A stretch of DNA of 64,000 nucleotides from assembly GCA_904063045.1 (NCBI GenBank), contig CAJFCJ010000024.1:620001-684000 (forward strand), in the 5' to 3' direction. Below, piece by piece: positions 54,559 through 64,000 of this stretch. A model generated the notes under the pieces. The model searched no databases. It had not been told where the DNA came from and was given only the letters and a program-made list of their open reading frames with translations. The translations under genes were made by a program, and so were the position numbers. This DNA is from Dimorphilus gyrociliatus (Eukaryota > Animalia > Annelida). How positions within the stretch are numbered: position 1 is the first letter of the stretch; each line of letters starts with the position of its first letter.

Positions 54559-55945
54559 GGTTGATTCTTATTGCATTAAAATATTGAATATTCAATAAAA
54601 TTTAACCTTTCATAAGTTAAATAACTAAACATTTGTCAGTTTTTTTATTATAATCAATTTCTATTAGAAAAACTAGCTCAACGCCAAAAAGGAATAATGA
54701 ACTTTTCTTTACTGCTTTATCAGTTTTCGAAATGTATTTTTCCTACTTCCTAAACGATATTTAAGTGGCAGTAGCATTATTAAATTTACATATTCCTAGT
54801 TGCAAATACACTGCGAAATGTTAGATTAATTAGGTGGAATAATAGGAGTACGATTGAAAAAATTAGCAATCTTGTAAACTCGCATAATATGATCCTTTTA
54901 CGTTTTTTTAGTGTAATTAACTGTTTTTGGAATTACTTGATTGTTAAATTTTACAGATAAAAGATAAGAAGTTAAGTATCTTATTTATTATATTAATACA
55001 TAAGAAAATGAATCAATTCATTACCTTAAAATGGAAATTTCCCATATGAAAACTTAATTGGAGATTTTGTAATACTGGACTTACTGTATATTTAACAGAT
55101 ACAAGAATAAATGATTAAAGCAACGATCGAGAATTGAATATACTATATTTAAGATTTAATACGTAATGCCATAAGAGTCTGTACGATGGATGAGACAGTT
55201 TTTAGAAACGTAGCCCTAGAACTTACCATAAATATGTATTCAAATACATCATGTAAGTTTCAAAATGGTTTCTCTAGCTATTCGACATAAAATCCTATTC
55301 AATTTTATCATTCAAGAAAACTTATAAAAGATATATCTATTCGTTACATTCTGAATATTTTCTCTTTTAAGTAACAAAAATAACACAGAAGTGAAAATTG
55401 AACAGTATAGCAGAGAAACAATACATTATATTTCTTGAGTTGTTTAAATTTAAACGTGATTAAAAGCTACTGAAACGACTGAAATCATGACTTGCTTGAA
55501 CATAAATTATGCCTATTCAATTTCATATCCGGCTAAAATAAATCGTCATTTAACTGTGTATCAATTCGAATACATTTCATAATCGAATATTTTTAAGCGA
55601 AAGCAATATATCGATGAAGATCGAAAAAGCTTCATTTATGAAACATGAATGTTTTATCTACATGAATTTGATAATAAAAAAAACACAATTGTTTCTTTAA
55701 AATGTATCTACAGTTTAGTTTTATTCCGCTAGACTATTTAATTAGCTAATGAAAATTAAACAGAAAGAATTAAACACAAGTAGCAGATTTAAAACATTAA
55801 TATATGACTAAGCTAAAAAAAATTCAGTAAATTGCCAATCACTTCTTAAAGAGTGAAAAATTGTTTATGGCAAAAAAATATATTAAAATATTCAGGTATA
55901 AAATTGTCTTTTTACCACGTATTTCATTAAAATGGCTAATAAGTT

Positions 55946-57397
55946 CTAAGTTGATAGCTGAAAACCGAGGTTTTGTGCCAATGGTAGAATATAATTTTGT
56001 GACATTTCACCATACCAATGAATTCCTTCAGAGGAATCTATGCTAGACTTCAATCCAATTATTGAGTTATATAATTGCAATACCCATCTAAGTGGAGCCA
56101 TGGCCAAGTGTGCAATTTCATGACTATTGATTACGGCGTAGCATGATGCTTCAATCCCATTTACTATCACTGTTCCATCAGCTGTCATTGGAGCATAAAA
56201 CCCATTCATTTGTATTTCTTCAATAGATATCACCTCGGTCACTTTTTCAATTCCATTATCTTGAGAATATAACTTTTGTCCTATTCTTACTTGATCAGCA
56301 TGAATATAGCGTTTACCATCAGCAGTTTCAACAGCGATCAGATGTTGGTGTGTAAGTTGAATAAAATGCCCACTTTTTGTACGTAAAGTAAGAAATAGTG
56401 CTGGTTCTTGTGTATTTCTATCAAGCATAGTAAGAACTGGACTGAAACGACCTTTAGAAGAGAGAACAGAATCACCAAGTTTTAATTGCTTCATTGAAAT
56501 CGTCTGTCCATTTTCAAGTACAACTTTACTTTCACCAGAAAAACATGATTTTCCATAGAGCTTTTGAATACCTTTTTTGTCATCTGAATTCAGTTTATAA
56601 TTCTGTCCCTTATAAGAATAGTACGGATACATAATTGCCTGACTCTTACTGGAATGCTTCAAACCCAAAGCATGTCCGAGTTCATGACAAGCAACTACCG
56701 ACAGATGTATCTTATTATTTGACGTACTCCATTTTTCAGCTTCGTCGAAATGGATTTGACCCTTTCTTGAGGTTTTTGGATAGAAAGCATGGGCTAAAGT
56801 TCCAGATGGTCCATCCATGGGATAACCATCTCCATGTGCACCACTAACAAATCTAAATTTCAAATGGACATTTCCAGAATAAACTCTTGTAAACTTCAAT
56901 TTGCTATTGTCAGACCACTGTTTTAGTGCATATTTTATTGCAGCAACCACTGAAACATTTGGTATATCAGGTGTATAGTTATACAACCTCCATTTAAGCT
57001 TCTTCCTATTCCATTTTTTACCATATAATGCATAACGCTTTTGTCTGCCAGTATTCGGAGCTCTAAATTCATCGTCAACTATCCCGCATCGTTCTTTATT
57101 CATTAGTGACAAAGTTCTTGCATCAAGTTTACCAGTAACGGGTATTGCGGCTTCCTTTTGAAATCTTTTCAGACCCTCAGCATAATCATCTGTTTGATTG
57201 TGTGTAGTCTTGGACATATGCTCATACTTTTGCAAATATGATCTTGCTTCACGCTCACTTTTAACTGCAAGGATACGAGTAGATGAGTCTCGTTTCTCTC
57301 TTAATTTAGATTGAACCAAATTATTTTCTTCCAGATTCTCCTTAATTGCAGCAGACATTACAGCCGTAATAAAGCATAAAAGAATTAATGCCTTCAT
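55946..57397 (-). CDS. Matrixin-Hog fusion protein C, intronless, 483 aa
   Basis: Signal peptide; REKR and RQKR furin sites; ERCGIVD switch; HGDGYPMDG..LAHAFYP..IHFDEAEKW; HELGHALGLKH; AIMYPYY. S|CFS Hint start (Cys codon 56545-56543), MLDRN, LTHQH, GFYAPMTADGTVIVNGIEASCYA, EIAHLAMAPLRW, GIHWY. Confidence 0.93.
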   Translation of the reverse strand: MKALILLCFITAVMSAAIKENLEENNLVQSKLREKRDSSTRILAVKSEREARSYLQKYEHMSKTTHNQTDDYAEGLKRFQKEAAIPVTGKLDARTLSLMNKERCGIVDDEFRAPNTGRQKRYALYGKKWNRKKLKWRLYNYTPDIPNVSVVAAIKYALKQWSDNSKLKFTRVYSGNVHLKFRFVSGAHGDGYPMDGPSGTLAHAFYPKTSRKGQIHFDEAEKWSTSNNKIHLSVVACHELGHALGLKHSSKSQAIMYPYYSYKGQNYKLNSDDKKGIQKLYGKSCFSGESKVVLENGQTISMKQLKLGDSVLSSKGRFSPVLTMLDRNTQEPALFLTLRTKSGHFIQLTHQHLIAVETADGKRYIHADQVRIGQKLYSQDNGIEKVTEVISIEEIQMNGFYAPMTADGTVIVNGIEASCYAVINSHEIAHLAMAPLRWVLQLYNSIIGLKSSIDSSEGIHWYGEMSQNYILPLAQNLGFQLST

Positions 57398-60188
57398 ATC
57401 TTCTTTTTGCCAATTTAAAAATTATATATTTTATAGATGTTCTGTCTTCCTTACTTGAAGGAACTCTGTTCCACTATGTACTTTTACTTACTTATATACG
57501 GTTCTCATTTTGCCCCAGTAACCAAAAAAGTAAGCTTGTTTACGACATTTATGCTATTTTTAGAAAATTTAGCGTGTCTTCGTGTCTTGAACAGCTGAAA
57601 TTGCAATTTTTTTTTTTCAAAGCCTGATGAGTATTTCGCTACAAGTATAAGGCAAAATTTAAATAACCCACGCTTGTATCTGATATAACTATATAACAAT
57701 TCAGGAAGCAGAATTCTGCTTACCTGTCCCAATGCATGTATTTTCAATTATATTATATATTCCAAAATATCCTCAACATTAAGTTTATTCATTTAAAAAT
57801 AGCTGATTATTAGTTGAAAAAACTGTTTAGAAAGATTCTACTCTAATTTTTTAATTAGGTCAACTAGTTTTTAAACCAAATTTATTAGAACTATGTCAGG
57901 CTTGTTTTTCTAATATGTTTGTTATACAATCAAAAGTTTAATAAATAGGTTAAAATTATTAGACAAAAATTGATAATATCAACATGAAGATGAATGATTA
58001 CCTTTATAAAGAATATTGTAAACATTTAATCTTTCTGTTCTGATAGAGAAAAATTCAATAAAGTAAGCCCTCCCAGTGGAAATTTATCTCAAGTACAACA
58101 TATATCTAATTGTATGTTTTAAAGACAAATATCTCTTCTTTCTTTTTTTCAAAAGATCTGACGATTTTATTTTGAATTTAATATTGTTTGTAAAAGCTTT
58201 TGCAATATGGCTTGAATTTTTATAGTAAAAATTGACTTTCTTTTTACCTTGCTGTTTATTCTTTAGAGACTTTTTTCTTAAATATTAAATTTACACAGAT
58301 ATCACAAATTTGAAATTTTCAGAATAGTTTTTAATTCATTCTCATAATATTAAATTACGTTCCTTTTCATGGAGAACAGAATCGACAAGTTTCTATTGAA
58401 ATAGTCTATGTACTGTTTTCTGACCCTTAAGTCACTGCTAATTCGTCGTTAACGAATAGTTAGAATTTTTTTAATAGTTCAACAAAATTATCATTTGAAT
58501 GCAGAAATGAATCATGACTGAAATTGTATTTCATTTTTGTTAATACTTCTCAACTATCGTATCAAATGGATCACTATATATTTGAGATTTCTTTGTTAAT
58601 TCTTACTGATCCGATCTTCATCACCATCATAGTATTACAACATTTGAAAATTCTGACCATTCAAATTACCTTTTATATTGATAGCTACAAGTTGAATCGA
58701 TATAGCTGCATTGCCTGGCAAATTCAACTGCAAAATTTAAATTGCAAACATCGGATCACTTCCGAGAAACATATTTTCATAATATAATCTTGTTTCTTTT
58801 ACAATAAACTTTTTAAAAGCATTACTATCATTCAAGAAATCGTTGTATTCCACAACATTCGTTTCGTCGTTTCTGCATGTTTATCAAAGATCTTACTAGG
58901 AGAGATTTTTTCATCGTCACACAAAGAAGTATTGTTTACATCTGATAATAGCATCTCCAGCGGAAGGCTATAGCTGTAAATTCTATAGACTAAAACTAAT
59001 TTGATATATTGAAAAGAACTGATTGAAATGTGCCAATAGTTTTTCACAAGCATCAAAAAATATTTTTAGATTAAAAGAAAAAAAGAGAATATTAAAAATA
59101 TGAAATCGTTAAATCGATCTTTTATTAGGAAAAGAATTATTTACCAATATTAAATCTGTATCTAAAAGTCTTATTAATTATTAAAGTATTTGCTAAAAAC
59201 CAGTGGGCGAAATAGTAACGAAACACAGATTATATTATTTATAAATATATTGTAAACAAATTAGATTAAGTGGCACTACTGCTTTCAAACTTTTCAAAGA
59301 GAGGATAAGACAGAAAGAGAGAGAGAGAGAGTACAAAATTCTGTTGAATTTAGAGCTATTCGAAATGAAAATTCAACACAAACTCTTATTCTTTCTTTTA
59401 TTTGTATTTCTGAATTGTAATTGTATTAATAAAATATATTTTTTATTAATCATCGTTAAACATTCAACGATTATTTTTTGAGTCATTTTTAGAAGGAATT
59501 TACTTAATCATCAACCTTACGCTAACAGGAAAAAGAGGAAATCCCCCTGTTTTACTATCATTAAACTATAGAGTTTTAAGTCTTTATTCAAATTTTTACA
59601 GCACTTTAAAATGAACGATTTTTTAATGTTTTCCATTAAAAACTAAGAAGCTATCAAACGTGATCTTGTTTATTACTAGTTACTATAGAGATAGCATTTT
59701 TTGTGTTGATCTCTTTCCTTTTGCGTCAATTGTATAAATATTTAATCTTTCCTTGAGCTATTCAAAGAGATTTAATAGTTTGTCACTGTTTTTAAGTAAA
59801 ACTGTAAAAGAGTTAGAGAAAAAGTTCAATATTAAAGAATTGTGTGTTTTAAAGGAATTAAACTTTTATACTTTTATGAAAAGTTGATAAAAGTCAAGCT
59901 GCTTTGCAAATTATTGAAATATAATTATTAATAATTCATATATGAAAATGAGAACAATTAATCTATATTATACAATATTTATTGAACAGTTAATTATAAT
60001 AGACGTCAAATTAATTAGAATTGGAAGTAATATGTATATTTCAAGTTAAACATCTACTTATAAAGGTAAATTTTTGTAACATTTCTTTATTTAAAAGAGT
60101 TTAAAACTCTTTTGGTCTAAAAATTTTTAATAACTAAAATCTTTGTAACTCTTTGATTTCTAATATTAAAGATTTCTTATAATTTAAC

Positions 60189-61482
60189 CTAAATATATGC
60201 TAATAAAATGGACAAAATGATGACAATCTTTCCTATTTTCATTTCGGAAGCATCATTGCAGATTTTCTGTCCTCCATCTGTAAGAAAATGATATTTTGCA
60301 TTTAGTTTATCAATATCTTTGTCTTTAAATAATTAGACTGAAGATAGGAAACTATACCGCAATATCCGCACAATGCTTTACAATTTGACTTCATAAAGTC
60401 AATTATTGTCGGATTTTTGCATACCGACTTTGGATAACCAGGACTTTTACCGCACTTTGAATGATTATCCTTACAATCCTCTGTTAAATAAAGAAATATT
60501 AAGTATTTCTCAATACATGCTTCGGAAAACTTTATATTTACCGGAACAATCACCTCCAGTCCAGCCAGTAGAACACTTACATTTACAATTCGATGAATTT
60601 AGTGTACCACAATTTTTACACTTGAGAGGACAAGCTAGAAAGGCGAGATTAATCAATGGAATCTTTGTGTGCTTATTAATAATTGATTATGTACTGTAAT
60701 ACTTACTACAATCACCGGAAGCAGAACTGCAAGAATCTGCAAAATGGTTTTAATGGATTTTATTATTCTAAATAAACCATAAATAATCAACTCATATTAC
60801 CGCATAAACCATCTCGACACCATCCAGAGCCTGATGAACAGAGTGAACATGCATCACCTTTCTTAAAAGGTTTTTGCCCTTTGAAATTTCCCCTAAAGAG
60901 AAAATTTAAATAAATTCAACTAAGAATTATCACCAAAAAGAAAACTAACGGTGGAGAATAATTGCAGACAATATAGTGTACATTATTTTTAACTTTTCCA
61001 TTATCCTCGGTTAACTTGGAACAGTATTTATAACCGCAACCAAGACGATTAGTGTCTGCCCAAACAACTTGGGTGTAATGACCGCAAACTTTACTACACG
61101 ATAGCTTATTGTAATTGTAATCTTTTTTCTCATTATACCAAGCCTTAACAACTGCCTCCATATCAGTATATTGTCCCGAACCGCCAGAAATGAACAAATT
61201 TTGACCAGCACTGCCATCAACACCTTCAGTCTTGTCGAATCCATGTTCGAAATGACATTTTTCGGCCCATTTAGAAGCCTGATTAGCCAAAGGTCCATTC
61301 CAAGACATAATTTTCATGTCAGCTGCTCCTTCCTGTCTTCTTAATTTATTATGAACATCAAGAATCGCTTTTTCAAGTGAACCAGATAAAACTTCACAAA
61401 AAACTTTTCCATAAAAGCCTAAAATTAGAAAAGTAAGGAAGTGCAATATGAGAAGACTTAATTTATCTTTAAATACAATCAT
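60189..61482 (-). CDS. CAP/SCP (CRISP/PI16/GLIPR-like) protein with hinge, EGF-like and ShK domains and a hydrophobic C-tail, 319 aa
   Basis: Exons 61482-60950, 60892-60801, 60736-60707, 60634-60542, 60480-60358, 60277-60189 (960 nt). CAP motifs HNKLRR, GQNLF, WYNE, CGHYTQVVW, VCNYSPPGN. EGF CPLKCKNCG..CKCKCSTGWTGGDC. ShK CKDNHSKC..C..NCKALCGYC. Ends IVIILSILLAYI*. Confidence 0.88.
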
Positions 61483-62948
61483 TCTTTTTTGAAAAGAAAG
61501 TTTTCAAAATGTTATATTGGCGTCTATAAGAAAAATGAATGATTGTCACGATTTAATATTTACAAAGTGTCCTTTAAAAATGTATTGGCAAACAGTCGTT
61601 TCTATGGTATAATCAATATAGTTTTCATGGTTGCTACCTGTCTTTCAAAGAATATTTCCAGTTACATCCTGACTAATTATACTAACAAACTAATCTTATA
61701 TCCATTTTATCCATTCTTATTCCTTTTTACATAGCCAATGCAGTAGGAATTTAATTAGCTAGTATACCAACTTTTTTAAATGTTATTTTCGTGTAATCCA
61801 TTAGTTCTTGAATAATACTCATTTATTCAGTTTCTATAATAAGAATTAATGAAAATATTCATTGAGACGTTGTTAACATTATACAAACTTTTAAGAAAAT
61901 AATGGAATTTCCTACTGTAAATACACTCGACTTAATCAGTATTGAAATCTCCTTCCGGTCCTTTTCATACAAAACTTTTCGCTCTTTTTTAAATATGATA
62001 AACCTACAAAAAAAAGAAAGGTGAGCAATTATGTAATTTTAACAAACGGTATTATGACAATACCTACAAGTAAATTGCGAAATAGATATGATGTATGATA
62101 GAGATTTAGTAACATTAACGTAAATATAAATGTATTCTCTTTCTAATTAGAAGTACTTGTATAGCCTTAAAAAAAAAGTTTCTTTTCATTTCGTTAAATT
62201 ATACAAGATTTAAATATTCAAGTTAATGAAAGTCTTAACTTGGAAACTTTTAGCAATCAGTCACCTCAAAAGATGCTTACTAAGCATTATACCATTCCAT
62301 TATACTATAGTTAAGAAGAAGTTTGAAACAGAGTTTACAGAGTAAGTTCCTACATTGTTGTATAATTAAAGAGGATCCTTTAAACGATATTTAAATTGGT
62401 TGTGCAACATTTTTGAAGAGCTGCACTCGTTTTATAAACAAACGTTTAAACGCAGAAAGATAAAACTCTTTTCCAATTTCATCTCGGAAGTAAGCTCTAC
62501 AGCACTCTGTAGAATATTTTCATTTGCAGTTCGTAGAGTGTTAGTGCACCACCATTTTAACACCTGAGAGGAAAAGCTAGAAGAGTTCGATTAATCAATG
62601 CACTCTTTTCGTGTATGTTGATGATTGATTAGATACTTCAACGTGTACAATAGCCATCGAAGGTAGATCATCAAGTGGAATCTATAGAAAAATGATTTCA
62701 CTGTCCTTGTTAAAAGTTTTAACTTTAAAATCTTGTTACATAAACTTTTTGCAACACTGTGCGTTCCTCTTGAACTTATAGACTTAAACCAGCATTGATA
62801 AATCCGTTTCGTTTCTATGTTCAAAACGTTAATAATTTTTCGCTTGACATTTTTACAAGTCCGCTCAACCATACTTGCGATCTCATAAAAGATCATCTAT
62901 ATTGTTTTCTTAGTTGACAATAAAATTGGTTAGCGTTTTTAAAAGCGA

Positions 62949-63702
62949 GCAGCTGTCCACGAAATTGATTGGGTACTTGATTTAAATCATTTTTAAGCAA
63001 TAGCTCCCTATTTTTACTCCCATTTCTAATACATCTTTTCATTTGGGACAAGATGAATGGACTTGTGCGAAGGCATCATACCCCACCCCCACCAAGTGCT
63101 TTTCGATGGATGCAACTGTGAGGGTAATAGAAGATCGCCATATAAGAATAGGTCAATTAAATATAGGTGACCTAACTCAAGGAGTTAATGGGCAGTTTAC
63201 AATGATTCGGACAATGCGTCACAGTATTTGTTGAAAGAGATTGAAATTTATTAGCTTTCAAAAGACGGAGAAAATGTCGTTAACAGTAACGCTGAATCAG
63301 CCATATGCCGTTTTTAAAGATAATACTGAAGAGTGTATATGTGCCAAAAAGTATCATTTGGTTCAAGAATTTCAACAATTAATAGTAGAATAAGGTCAGA
63401 GGAAAAGGTCACGTGCATTGGGAAAGTATTGAAGAAGGGCATTTCGCTCCATTAACGATGGACGGCACCCTAGTGGTTAACGGTATTCAAAGGTCCTATT
63501 ACGCCGTTTATTAATAATCATAAAAAAGCCAGAATGTTCATCGCACAAGTTTAGATGAATTAACTATTTCTAAAGCGCCATCTTTAGCTCCTACAAGAAA
63601 CTAAATGTAAATCCTGACAATACACTTCGATATGGAAAGTTATCCTACGTTTACTTGAATTCAATGGCCACCCGGCTAGGACTCGCAAAGTCCATTTCTT
63701 AA
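62949..63702 (+). pseudogene. Decayed fourth matrixin-Hog gene
   Basis: Zinc motif remnant AAVHEIDWVLDLNHF* (62949-62996). Then LGQDEWTCAKASYP..TK|CFSMDATV..IGQLNIGD (Cys codon 63097); (G)HFAPLTMDGTLVVNGIQRSYYAV at about 63440-63510; tail YGKLSYVYLNSMATRLGL* aligning with the intact copies' tails. Several stops and frameshifts. The 5' part upstream of 62949 is too decayed to delimit. Confidence 0.85.
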
Positions 63703-64000
63703 AATGTTCTTTCTTGTTTGTTTAGTCCGACTATAGTATAAAATAAGAATTTTAGAACGAATTTTCGTTTCTTGCAAGGCCAATTTCTTTAAAACTGTCG
63801 GGTTATCTGATAGTTTTTTCACCGCCTTTCCTTCTGGTAACAATAAGACTTTTAATGCGATATCACCTAAAACCTGAAGTTAATTTCTATCTGTGAAAAA
63901 TCAACCTGTTTTTCATTTTAATATTACACAATATACGTAAATATCAACTTAAAAGGTTCAGTTAGGTCTATTTAATCATCAATTTCCAATATTTGTCAGA

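Noticed and set aside
33145-56847. Antisense or alternate-frame ORFs over real CDSs (e.g. 33145, 33562, 40065, 40398, 43668, 51727, 52081, 53901, 56635)
   Set aside because: Shadow frames of long coding regions with no motifs of their own.
52142-57397. Hint domains as self-splicing inteins or bacterial intein-like domains
   Set aside because: There is no terminal His-Asn followed by a C-extein nucleophile. The domains end in SCYA, an SRR-like tail and a stop, which is the Hedgehog Hog type.

Overview
Eukaryotic (animal) genomic DNA: very AT-rich, gene-dense, with many 50-100 nt GT-AG introns. This fits a compact invertebrate genome, possibly a lophotrochozoan or annelid; the taxon is inferred, not shown. 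Gene models were spliced by hand, and each complete model sums to a whole number of codons. In order: an HHIP-like beta-propeller gene with a U1 snRNA gene in intron 3; an orphan 2-exon gene; three tandem secreted N-formylglutamate-amidohydrolase-like genes; a claudin/PMP22-family gene; a TRIM-NHL gene; a lone divergent 5S rRNA; a bacterial-type 3-hydroxybutyrate dehydrogenase with a mitochondrial presequence; an orphan ORF; DHRS11 with a Tc1/IS630 HTH remnant in an intron; an orphan ORF; an LRR-Ig membrane protein; a hidden 4-exon secreted protein; and a CAP-EGF-ShK gene. The standout is an array of intronless matrix-metalloproteinase genes (three intact, one pseudogene). In each, the usual hemopexin domain is replaced by a complete Hedgehog-type Hog module (Hint plus sterol-recognition region) with all autoprocessing residues conserved in the intact copies. 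This predicts self-cleaving, cholesterol-modified metalloproteases. I know of no description of this architecture but could not search to confirm novelty.
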